Assembly (NCBI GenBank): GCA_043228905.1
Contig: JBHGNT010000002.1
Span: 3,844,001 to 3,908,000, forward strand
From: Azolla caroliniana
Taxonomy: Eukaryota; Plantae; Polypodiophyta
Direction: 5' to 3'
DNA length: 64,000 bases
Shown here piece by piece: positions 52,701 to 63,962 of this stretch (position 1 is its first letter; each line of letters starts with the position of its first letter). The translations under genes and the position numbers were made by a program. The notes beneath the pieces were generated by a model. That model made no database searches, was not told where the DNA came from, and was given only the letters and a program-made list of their open reading frames with translations.

Positions 52701-55700
52701 CCTCAACTTTAGGCATAAATTGGGAAAGTTTAAGGTAGCTCAAATAACAACTACCAAAAACCACAATGCCCGGAAGGAAGAAATACCATCATATGCATAT
52801 TTATGAGGATGGTCCATGTTAGGTTCACATCAGAATTTTTGGGTTTCATTGGCATTTGAGACACAATATGATCTGTATGCTTTTCAAATGTGATCATGCA
52901 TGAATACCCAACTTCTAAATGACTGAAGATGGGATACCAATTATCCTTCATGTTTCAAAGCCAATAGTCCAAGCTCTTTCCATGAGAAGCTAGACTCAGA
53001 CATGCCCCTGGATATGAAACACGTTATCTTTTTCACAAGAAACCCCATCTTCATATCAACAAAAATGCTTAAATAGACTAGCATCATGAAAAGGTGCAAT
53101 TGACCAAATCTTCAGATCCCCAAGGAACCTAAAAGGTAAACATTTATATAACCCCAAGGAACTGAATGTGGATCAGATGCCACGTACAAAAAATGATACA
53201 TTTGTTGGCAGATAAATCTACCTAATATAGAGCATCAAGCACGAAACAGAAAAAACAATTCCCATTCCAGTGTGCTTACCTGGAGTTGTCATTTCTAACA
53301 GTTTTTGCATTACCAAAGGCTTCAAGCAGTGGATTTGACTGCAAGTGCCAAGTAAACCAGTGAGATTTTGAAATTTTATAACTAAAAACCTACAGAACTG
53401 GATTTCACTACAATATTTAATAAATCAAAATCCTATTTGAATTTTTAATTTTGAGATGATATCAAAGGTTCTGCAAATGCCAAGTATAGTACTAAGATAT
53501 CAAATTTTGGCAATTTAAAACCCACAGAACCAGTTCATGGTATAATACTTGATAATATTTGAATTTCTAAATTTGATATTAAATCATAATATCATTACTT
53601 CCAAAACTTGTTGTTCAACTGATCTGCCATCAGTCATTGCTCGACCACCCATATAAGCAATATACTGCATCAACAGCTTTGTGGTCTCCGTCTTTCCTGC
53701 TCCACTTTCTCCACTGACAAGGATAGATTGACTTTTTCCTTCATTGACCATGGCTCTGTTTTTCAGCAAAATCATAAGAAACCTAAAAATGCAATCATAT
53801 TCAATATCATTGGCATGATTACAGTTCCACTTGCCTATAAGAGGTATCTGCAATGGCGAATACATGTGGGCTTAATTCACCAAATGTTGCTCCTCTATAC
53901 TGTTCCATCATATGGACGTCATATAGATGTGGAAGTTTGGTAAAAGGGTTCACTGCAATCAGGATATTTCCTGTATATGTCTGTGAATTCAAATTGGTTA
54001 ATGTTTCCAGAGTTAAATTAGACAGTGATGTGTTTTAAATGCCAATAACTCTATACCTAAGTTAGCTCCATGTGAGCATGCAACCAAATTCAGCATGTAT
54101 AAATTGCTCAGAATGCAGCCCAAATTAAATACTACAATAATGAAATTCCAAAACAAATCTTCATGGATATTTGAAAAGTTTTGAATTAAGATGGAATAGA
54201 GCACTATGTTTGCCAGAAATGCTTACATAGATATCATTCAGTTCATATCTCGCAGCAAGATTGTGTAGAACACCTGGCTCATGCAAATAAGCCAGTTTTG
54301 TCATGTCATCCACACCTCCTGGTTGTGCATCAGAATCTTTTGGATGAACATTAGCCAAGTTGCTAACTACCTGAAATTTTGTGATATGCAAAGAAATTCT
54401 TCAAAACAGATTATACATATATTTGAAGAACTTTGGAACTGTGAGATCACTCTTTAAAGCACAATGACGACCCAAAACATGTTTCCTTACCAATTTCCCT
54501 GCTAGTGTCTGAGCTTTCAACTCATCTCCATTGATTTCCAATACTTCAGCCTCTAGCCAGGCCAGCTGGCTATCCTCCACCCAAATTTGAGATCCAACTG
54601 TTATATTTCTGTCACTAGCCTGTGAAAGAAAGATGCATTAACGTCTTTAAAGAGGCCAAAATGGCCTATGATACCAAATAACAGGTAACAAATTAAAATG
54701 TGTCTCAGCTTGGAGTACAGCAAGTATATAGATAGATAGATGGATGGATGGATGGATGGATGGATCAGTAAAACTGTGTAAGGTACCAGATATTTTCATT
54801 AGCTACTACCAATTGAAAAGCTTAAAATGTTGACAAATAAATCCCACATGGATGAAAAAATATGAGTAATTATCCTTCTTATGGAGAGTAACAAATCTAG
54901 TATCGTAATTCAAGATATATACACAATCCTTTTACAGATACAATTACACTGTGAGCATAAATGAGCTTACTAACATATTAGAAACATTTAAATACTGACA
55001 AATAAATCCTACATGCAGGAAAAAGATGAGTAACTTGCCTTCTTATAGACGGTAACAAACCTAGTTTCATAATTCACGATATATACACAAGCCTTCTTCC
55101 AATACAATTACATTGTGCACCTAAATGAACTTACTAACATATTAGAAACCTTAAATTACTGACAAATAAGTGCCACATGCATGAAAAAGATGAGCAATTT
55201 GCCTTCTTATAGAGGATAAAGAATCTAGTGTGGTATAACTCGAGATATATATAAAATCATCCTCTAACCAATACAATTACATTGCTTGGCAAAGCACTTT
55301 TTATGTAGGTATGATTACATTGCTCGGCAAAACCTAAGAAATAGATCTCCACCTAGAACCAATCCCCAATAAGTGTGCTGTGGGGGACCAGTTTATAACT
55401 ATCTGCATAACTTTTAGAATCCATAAACGGTTGGATATTCTTGAAGGAAGATTAAAAGAAAACTGATGCTTTCTTCCATACCAAAACCAGGTGCAATTTC
55501 TTAAAAATATCCGTGAGATAAGTTTGATTACTAGATTCTGAAATAGCAGCATTGGAAAATCCAGCACAAATATGTAACTTTTCTACTAAATTCCTATAAG
55601 TTTGTGTGAAGGAAAACTTCCCCAAACAATAACAGAACAAAATCAGAATGAGATAAATACATTTTCTATGAAGTTCTTATACATGTGTAATATTTTCTCA

Positions 55701-56348
55701 TAATTTCTGATTATTTCATGGAGTAGAAAGAACTCCCATAAAACACTCAGGGAGAAAATCCAACACCAATGTATAAATTTCCTTCTAAATCCCCATAGTT
55801 CTAAAACTTCCTCGAGCATCAAAGGAAGAAGAAGTTCATAAACTGAGGGAGCATATACGGCAAAAATATATGTACGTGTATGCATATGCGTACATGTATG
55901 TATATGTATTTTGTATACATATTCTAGAAAATTCGTATAACTTAGTGGTATTTCCTCATAATTTCCTATTCTTTTTAGTCATTGAAAGGAAAATCTGACG
56001 GTAGGAAAGAAATTTTTCCCAAATACTGAGGAGATGTGAGAGAGAGACACTGGCATTAGTTTATTGTCAAATTATTTACAGTTCTTAATCATGATAATTA
56101 CCATGAAAAGGTTTGGCTTTTACAAACTTCGGTTCTTACTGATCAACATAGAAAAACCGTTGATTTATATCTGATGCCTAACGATGAAATCACTATATCT
56201 CATCTATTTTTTTATATACGATGCAAGCAAGTGACTACATATACATCTGAAGATACGAAAAACGGTCACATAACAGAGAGAGAGAGAGAGAAGAGAAGAA
56301 CGATAAGAACAAAAAGAGAAGAGAATAGAAGAGAATGGGAAGTACCAT
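40736..56348 (-). CDS. XI: Class XI myosin (SH3-like N-terminus, motor, 6 IQ, coiled coil, DIL tail), 39 coding exons
   Basis: Exon 1 is ATG only (56346-56348); exon 2 is 54619-54491 (VGSQIWVED). Motor motifs: [18 protein letters not shown]-loop [34 protein letters not shown] and [12 protein letters not shown]. Six IQ repeats lie at 46410-45707, followed by coiled coil and DIL tail ([45 protein letters not shown]). Stop at 40736-40738. I counted 39 exons, the canonical myosin XI structure. One intron (53756-53834) is GC-AG. Confidence 0.97.
50091..50310. repeat. Intronic duplication (about 95 bp, period about 125)
   Basis: ATTATACAGTA.AATTAGCATAACCCAGCTGATGAC...GTCTAATGGCTAGATTAAAT occurs twice. 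Confidence 0.85.
51640..52450. repeat. Three diverged ~250-340-bp intronic repeats with nested shorter units
   Basis: TTTCAAGTGTGAGC..GGAAGAG.CTGAAGAA at about 51683, 52020 and 52266. Shorter GACTA..TATCAGCACA units lie between. Confidence 0.85.
54622..54720 (-). mobile_element. LINE 3' end abutting the myosin exon-2 splice acceptor
   Basis: GAAAGAAAGATGCATTAACGTCTTTAAAGAGGCCAAAATGGCC.ATGATACCAAATAA matches the family tail at 3770-3830 and 10441-10500. Confidence 0.85.
54815..55285. repeat. Three tandem ~165-bp units in myosin intron 1
   Basis: TGACAAATAA...CCTTCTTAT..ATACAATTACA at 54831, 54996 and 55160. Confidence 0.85.
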
Positions 56349-57656
56349 GTCTTAGAGAATATATGTCAGAAACGGAGAGGTTTATTGATGACTTCTCTGG
56401 CGACCTGCTCCCATCAAAATAGTGAGGATTGTAAGGAATCGGAGAGGTTTAACAATGCTGTTTCTTCCGATCTGCTCCCATCAATAGAATGAGCATAGTT
56501 CAGAACGGACGATGGCTTTTTCCGTGCTGTTGCAGAAATGTGCATACAAGAGAGCGGGAGAGAGAGAGAGAGAGAGAGAGAAGAAGAGAAAATGAAGTCC
56601 CAAAGTCTGAGCCTGATGAAAGCGATTCGATCAATGAAACGAATGGATCTGCGCCATGGATTAGGGTTAGCGCAGAAACGGACGAAACGAGAGAAACGGG
56701 AGCTAAAGACTGAGAAGGCGGAAACGCAGCGATTCGAAACGGACGAAACGGGGAAGAACGTCTCCGAGCGAGAAACACACTCAGAAGTACAAAAAAAATT
56801 AAAAAGCGTTTCTAAAAATAAATAAAATTTGTAATAAAAAGCCCCCCAAAAAAAGAAAGGGGAAAAAAAAAACAATTAGCCTCATTTTTCTCGTTTGTTT
56901 GTTTTTATTTGAGCATCTTAATTTTTACTTTTTATTTTGTTCTCATTTGTGTGTGTTGTAACTTGTTTTTAAGTGTCTCAACACAATTCATTACCTTCAA
57001 AAACTGGGAAATTTTCCATTTACGTGCGAAAGACCAGAAGAGATCATTGGACACATCTCTAATTTCCGTCACATGCATGACTAACTAGCTAACTGCCACA
57101 ATGCCATTCGTTACACTTGGTTGGACACAAGTGTGTCGACCATGACCTGTTCGTTTCGTCAATGTTGTGGGTTCCTTTGAGGAAGAACATGCAGAGCAAG
57201 AGTAGATCATGCATCTCTTTGGACCAGGGATTCTTCCACATGCGTCACTAACTGATTGCTCACAATGTCATTCGTCACGATTACTTGGAGAGATTGTGTG
57301 ACAATGATGGCATGATGTTGTGAATCCCTTTAAATAACAACATGCACAATGGATTGAGTGGTGAGTTTGCATGGGTGGATCAATCACTGGATGTCATTTG
57401 TCAAAATTACTTGGAGATTGTGTGACAATGATAGCCCGGTTGTTCCATCAATTTAGAATTCCTAAAAGTTATAGACTCCTTTGTCTATTTTACAAGTTTT
57501 GCCAATGTTACAATGCTTGATTGCAATTTTTTTGAGTTTTCATTTGAGGTTGATTGTAATTTTATAGGAATTAAGTATCTTCCAACGTTAATTTTAAGAC
57601 ACAAGTGGATGGTGGAGAGGGTTAGCTAAAAGAATGGGGAAATATGTGACCCACGA

Positions 57657-58114
57657 TGTTACGGGCATGACCATATAATATCTCATGGTCAGAATTTACC
57701 TTAGTATTCTATACACATGGATATGTGTGAGGGTTAAACGAGAGTGTAAAGAAGGGGAGGATTACTTTTAATCCTCGGGATTGAGACAACCCATTAGGCC
57801 AAGTGTGAACTTGCTTGGGGGCCTCGGGCATCGCTATAAATAAGAGGCCTAGCTACCCTTATTTGATCATCTTGTTGACTACGTCGAGACTTTGTTCTTG
57901 TGGTGGGTCAACTCTTGTAGCAAGCACGCCAGCACCATGTACGACTCGATGCCACGACAATGGTATGGGACGCCGATCAAGGCTCGAGTCCGTCTCGATC
58001 CCTTCGCTCGGGGGTGGTCGGGTGGATCAGCACCCTTCTTTCTCTCTCTTCTTTCTATCTATCTATCTATATTCTATCCTTATCTAATGCTTACATTAGT
58101 TCATGTCTCTAACA
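57657..58114 (+). mobile_element. Solo LTR (458 bp)
   Basis: Starts TGTTA and ends TAACA. Perfect 5-bp TSD CACGA at 57652-57656 and 58115-58119. Internal TATA box CTATAAATA at about 57834. Confidence 0.9.
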
Positions 58115-58119
58115 CACGA

Positions 58120-58900
58120 TGTGGTGGCGATGTGTTGTAGATATGATTTCATGTTACATCTTGCATTTAGAGCTAAAGTATTTATTTGGAGGGTCATGAT
58201 TGGGGTTTTACCCTTGAGATGCCTCAAGAAAGTGAACTATTGTTGTTGGAATGTGCTATGTGCATCGTTTGCACGATATGACCATAACATAGTAGGCGTC
58301 AAACCTTCATACTTATCTAGTGTCAATATCTATTAGACGTATATCATTGTTTATTGGGCTTCATTAGATGGGATTTAAAATCCCCCTTTCACAACTCAAT
58401 ACAAGTTTCCTTTCACCATACTCTCAAATAGTTATTATGTTATTTGGAGGGTCATGATTGGGGGTTTACCCTTGGGAGATGCCTCAAGATAGTGAACTAC
58501 TGTTGTTGGAATGTGTTTTGTGCATCATTTGCACAAATATCGCCATAACATAGTAGGCATCAAACTTCATACTTATCTAGTGTCAATATCTATTTGGAAA
58601 TATATTATTGGTTAGTGGGCTTCTTTATACATGGGTTGAACTTCCCATTTCAAAAGGTCCTCTCACAACTTGGGACAAGTTTCCCTTCATCACACTCTCA
58701 AATAGTTATTGAGTTATTGAGGGTTACGGCACATTTGGCATATGTGTAATGCCTTCGTGTTTGATGCTTGGGTAGGTTGCTTTAGCAATTTTCATTGTCG
58801 GAAACATTAGATGTTATGACACGAGGAATTCCAAATATTTGAGTTGGAGGGCATAATGTTCACCTATCGGGTTGGCCTTTTTGTTGCATGGCTTCTCACA
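58120..58900 (+). mobile_element. L1-type LINE C-terminal (zf-RVT-like) fragment, tandemly duplicated
   Basis: Reads AKVFIWRVMIG.LPL and later LRHIWH..NAFVFD. A unit of about 258 bp repeats at 58183-58440 and 58441-58710. Confidence 0.7.
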
Positions 58901-59480
58901 ATCTAAGATCTAAATTCACATCCCAATTTAATGTAGGTATCATGTCCACCTATTGGAACAACCTTTCTCTCGCATAGCTTCTCACAATCTAAGATCTCAC
59001 ATCCCGATGTCATTTGTAGTATTTTTATAATATTGGTAATGAAGCGATTTTATTTTAGAAAACGGATGGATATCTCCAAACACCACCATTCAATGGATGG
59101 ATATTTACATTTAACACTTATGCCTACTCTAATACATTCACTTACACACACACAAATACTCAAATATACCTTGATATATATACACACTCGTATATATACA
59201 TGTGTGAAATCTTTCAATCACACTATAGATATGATGAAACACTTTTCTCTTCGAGAAGATGTCGACATCATCAAACACTCTATCCTAAAATTCCAATCCT
59301 CCTTGGTTCAGGTCCTTGATAGTCCCACTCACATTTCACATGCATGCCTGTACATTATTTCATCATGTCGACTCTAAATGTGTAGATCGATAAAGAATTG
59401 ATGCTGAAGCATACGACAAGGACTTAATTTCTTTTTGTCCAATTGTGAGTTTATGTTGCATTTTAATAATGATGTGAAAA

Positions 59481-59875
59481 TATAGTTGTATTTTGGTAAT
59501 TTCGTCGAAATTGCAAGGGTATTATGCTAATCTACAACAATATAGGGTATTATGGTAGTTTACAAGAAAAGAAAGCATTGGGGTTTTGGTTGTAATTTAT
59601 AGGAAAATGTACGAGACATGTTATGCGAATTTATACGAAAATGCACAGGAATTTCGGCAGTTTACAAAAATGTAGGGGCAGTCTCTCGATATAAAAAAAA
59701 TAGGGATAATTTGGTAATTTACGCGAAATGTGGGGGGCATTTTAACAATTTACAGAAAACATACGGATACTTTGACGATTTATAGGAAAGCGCAGGGGCA
59801 TTCTGGTAATTTAGAAACATATATAGGGGCATTTTGGTAATTTACACCAAAAAATGTGAGGGCATTCCGGTAAAT
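59481..59875 (+). repeat. Degenerate ~30-bp tandem array (consensus near AAATGTAGGGGCATTTTGGTAATTTAC) upstream of AIR carboxylase
   Basis: About 13 units read by eye, ending about 225 bp before ATG 60099. Confidence 0.8.
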
Positions 59876-59947
59876 CGGTTAAACCAGAATTATTGTTTCG
59901 AAAAAAAGGAAAAGCAACGAAGGAATTTTTGTGAACAGATATGGGTT

Positions 59948-60101
59948 AGCCTGTGTGGGTGGGTTAGGGTTTCTGTCGAGGTTTAGAGTGAAAGGAAGAG
60001 CAAGACAGAGATTGTATCAAACAGTGACGAGCCTGTGGGTTAGGGTTAGGGTTTTCAGTCGAGGATTATTTTAGAGTGAAAGGAAGAGCAAGACAGAGAT
60101 G
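59948..60101 (+). promoter_or_regulatory. Duplicated 5' leader segment containing telo-boxes (TAGGGTTT)
   Basis: 59948-60014 and 60030-60101 are near-identical and each has TTAGGGTTT. The telo-box is an established element of plant housekeeping/growth genes. Confidence 0.7.
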
Positions 60102-63100
60102 GAGTCGTCTTGCTGCCATCTTCCGCAATTTCTGAGCTCTGGCGACCTTGTAACTTCTTCAACCTCCTCCTCCTGCTTTTTTGCTTCTTCTTCAAGACCG
60201 ATTTCGTTTCAGCGTATCTTCTGCAATGGCAACAGCCTGATCAGAAGCTCTCCACATCGTTGTCAACAACAACAACAACATCATCATCATCATCATCATA
60301 GTCGTCGTCATCATCGCTATAAAATGAGTACTTGTGCTGATCATGTATCTCCTAGAGCCGTTTCGAACGGTGAACAACAGACATGGTACCTCTCCAAAAC
60401 GCATCCATGCTTTCTCAGTTTTAAGTTGATGGTTTTGCATGTTTTCTTTCTTTCTTCTTGTTCCAAGAAATTTTGCAATTAATTCAGTTATTATACAAGC
60501 ATTTTGCCTTCCCTGAACAAGAGTTAAAATCATTTTTTTCACATACATGGGTACAAGTACAATAGACTTGAAGTGGTATTATATGGTGCTCATATAATTT
60601 GTAATTTAGATGATAATTTGTGAATTGATAATCTTGAATCTTGTGAACGCCATTTCTACTTTGGAGCTGGGATGAACTTGGTGACATAGTATTCTACTTG
60701 GGGTGGATGTCGGTGCATTGTTGATTGTGAGGAATGGAGGTTTAACATTGGTTCTTCTGCAAGTTCTTTGATGAGTTTTTGTAGTCAACGTGTTTTGTAT
60801 TTTCTATATGCTTGTATAGGTGTAATACAAGACCGAGTGCCAATGTTTAGGTCAAATGTTGGAGTGTTTTGTTGAAGCTATGATAAATTAAAAATTACTG
60901 CAGCCATACTCTTTTTCAGTAGCTGCAATGATTTCTACTTCTGTGGAAGAAAGTTTACGCTGTCTTATTTCTGAAATTGCTATGATACTGATCCTCCAGC
61001 CAAAGTAAAGATGAAACCTGTTGTGGATTTGCCTCGTGTCTAAGTTGCCATTTTAGTCTCAGTCACACCATCCATGTAGGCCAAAATGTTCCGACAAGTT
61101 TCCTTGATGATGTCCATGTTTGAGGTACCTTATTACTTGTTGTAATATATTCCAATGAGCTGATCTTGATTTTTCATACATCTTAAAGATATCTCATGAT
61201 AACAAATAGATCAAGTTTTCTACAGTAAACAGTGTATCATATATTGTCTAGTTCCACTTCATGAGGAATTGCCTTCATTTGTTCTATATTTCTTTTTTAT
61301 TGAGAATTTATCTGAGCCTAGTTTTAGACCATGCGTGGAAGGAATTAATGCTGGTTTGCAATCCATCATGTCATGCTTCGTAAGTATACCTCCATACCTA
61401 TGCTGTGGCAAAGTTGATGGTGCTGAATCTTGTTGAAAGTTCTAATTTGACCTATTTGATGGTTTCAATATAATTGCGAAGATATATTATGTCATCATCA
61501 TAATTGGTAACATAGGATCTTCAAAGTATTGGGGTTATTCTATATAAATTACACTAGGTTTCCATTTAGAAAGGCTGTTTGAATGTCTAGTAGATGAATT
61601 AACAGGTTTAGATGATACAAATACCTAGTAGAACACAAAATGTTGTCACTGAAAGTATTGGAGAATAATTAGAAGAGCTTCATGTCGATGTAAGGTACGT
61701 CATGGTTGAGTTTTCTTCTCAGTAGTTATTTTTGTAAATTTGACTACTTTGTGATTGATTAATATCGATGTACCTTTTTCGTTAGTAGAATCCATTTTTG
61801 ATCTCATTACCACTTCCTATTGAGGTTCTTCACGTCCTTGATAAGCCTTTATTCATCGAATCATCCACTTATTAGAGCATACTAGCTATGTGGTTTGTGA
61901 CTTGTTTTCATAATTGTCGTGAAATTTGAATGTCTAGAATTGGGTGAAAGCTATCTCGAGTAGGAGATCTTATGTGGGTATAATTTCATGGTATGGTGCT
62001 TCATTCGAGGGTGGGGTGAAAGCTATCTCGAGTAGGATATCTTATGTGGGTATAATTTCATGGTATGGTGTTTCATTTTTGAAGGTTGGATAAGGTGTTT
62101 GCTAGGTTTTCGGTAGTTGGATTATTTTTGTGACAGGTTGAGAGAGTAGATTTCATGATTTAGGAAGTAAAAGAGGAAGTGTGATTAGTGTACTATGATT
62201 GTGTGTTTTCTTGCTTAACTTGGATTAGCAGTATATGATACATTTATTTTTGATGTTTTTATTCTTCTTCTGTTGCTCAATAAATAAATATTGTTCTTAG
62301 TAGATCTATGTTTCTTAGAACTCTCATTTTATATTGTTGCCTTTTTTCTTCTTTTTTCAGAAAATGTTGCAAGTAATGCGTATATCATGTGTTTTGAACC
62401 TCCTAGTTTGTTGCCCTTTTTTTCCATCTTCTCAAATAATGTTTTAGGTAATATAAATGTGATTTGTTTAGCCTCTCAATTTGCTGCTTTATTCTCAAAG
62501 AAATGTTGTTTCCTCCTCTGTTTCAGAAATGTTGTTGGCAATTTATATATGATATGTGTATATCATGTGTTTTGAACCTCCTAGTTTGTTAGAACTCTCT
62601 GTTTCCTACCTTTATAGAAATGTTGCAGGCTATATGTATATGAAGTTTGTTAAACTTCTTTGCTGATTTTTTCCTCCATTTCTTCAAGCAAAATTGCAGG
62701 TAATATTTATATGATGTTTGTTAACCTCTCCGTTTGTTGTTGCATTTTTCCGCTTTTGTTATCAAGAAATGTATTGATGTTTGTTTAGCTTCTCTGTTTG
62801 CGGCAAGTATATAAAGTTTGTTGAACATCTTAGTATGTTATGGCGTTTCGTTTTTCTTTCAGGAAATGTTGCAGGCTATGTATATATAAACATTGGTTTA
62901 AAACTCTCATTTGTTACCTTCAAGTTTTCAAGAAATGATTTAGGCAATATGTTTGAACATGAAATTTGTTAACTTTCCTATCATTGATGATGTGAGAAAA
63001 CAGCATGGAGATATGTAGATCTCCCGTTGGATTATGCGATACCATCATAGGGGTTCTTGGAGGAGGACAACTCGGCAGGATGCTTTGTCAAGCTGCTTCT

Positions 63101-63962
63101 TCTATGGGGCTGAAAATAGCTGTTCTTGATCCTGAAAGAGACTGTCCAGCTAGTAGTATTGCATACAAACATATTATTGGTAGCTTTCGAGATACAAGTA
63201 CTGTTCGGAAATTCGTTAAAGAGTAATACTACAGTTTTTATCTCTTTCCTTTTCTTAATGTTTTTAAATATCGGAAGGGGATCCTCATGTATTTCATGTT
63301 GTTTTAAGACACCATGCAATACATGAGCATCCCAGCTTTAAAAGAAAAGAATTGCTTTGTAAACATGAGATTTTAATATGTTTAATGATGTTTTAATGAG
63401 TTTTTTAAAGAAAAAATGGCCCAAAGGTTTTTTAAATATTAGCACAGGAAGATCACGTGTATTGTGGCGTTTTAACTAGTTCCAATAGAGCATCATGTGA
63501 TGCATGAGCATCTCAATATTAAAGAAATTCGTTTTTGGTCAAAATGATTCTTATAAATAAGAATGGGATTTTCATATGTTTCATGGCATCACATCGTTAA
63601 AAGACATTTTATTTTATCCAAATATTTCTAGACAAAAACAAGTGATGTTCATGTATTTTAGATGTTTTAATGGTAGGTGTGGAGTATTGACCGTTGAAAT
63701 TGAGCATGTTGATGTCAACACACTTGAAGAACTTGAAAGAGAGGGTATTGATATCGAACCGAAGCCCTTCACTATACGCATTATTCAGGTGCAACCTCCT
63801 GTGCAAGATCACATATCCTGTTGTGTTCTTAAAGTCTTATGGACCTTTTTAACGTCTCACAGTTTGCAAGAAAGTACTTACAATGATGCAATAATGCAGG
63901 ACAAATATCTTCAGAAGGTACATTTCAAGCAACATGATGTCGCACTGGCTGACTTCCAAAAG
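60099..63962 (+). CDS. PUR6: Phosphoribosylaminoimidazole (AIR) carboxylase, plastid, PurK-PurE/ADE2 type; 5' part only
   Basis: Exons 60099-60385 (S-rich transit-like peptide with polyQ/polyH), 63004-63222 (IGVLGGGQLGRMLCQAA..VLDP..CPA), 63677-63788 (CGVLTVEIEHVD..TIRIIQ) and 63900-63962 (DKYLQKVHF). Phases are compatible, and the gene continues past the window end. Confidence 0.95.
62300..62975. repeat. Degenerate ~60-bp minisatellite in AIR carboxylase intron 1
   Basis: Recurring AGAAATGTTGCAGG.AAT/TAT..ATG..TTTGTT.AAC.TC units, roughly ten copies. Confidence 0.75.

Noticed and set aside
56174-56875. Several 70-150 aa ORFs on both strands upstream of myosin
   Set aside because: Low-complexity GA/CT-rich 5' UTR and intron sequence with no recognisable domain. 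Myosin XI starts at the ATG-only exon 56346-56348.
59481-59875. CRISPR-like appearance of regularly spaced ~30-bp units
   Set aside because: Units are degenerate and adjacent with no unique spacers, there are no cas genes, and the context is eukaryotic.
18052-63962. Nucleotide-metabolism gene cluster (UPP plus AIR carboxylase)
   Set aside because: The genes are 36 kb apart, belong to different pathways (pyrimidine salvage vs purine synthesis) and are separated by unrelated genes. Nothing suggests more than chance.
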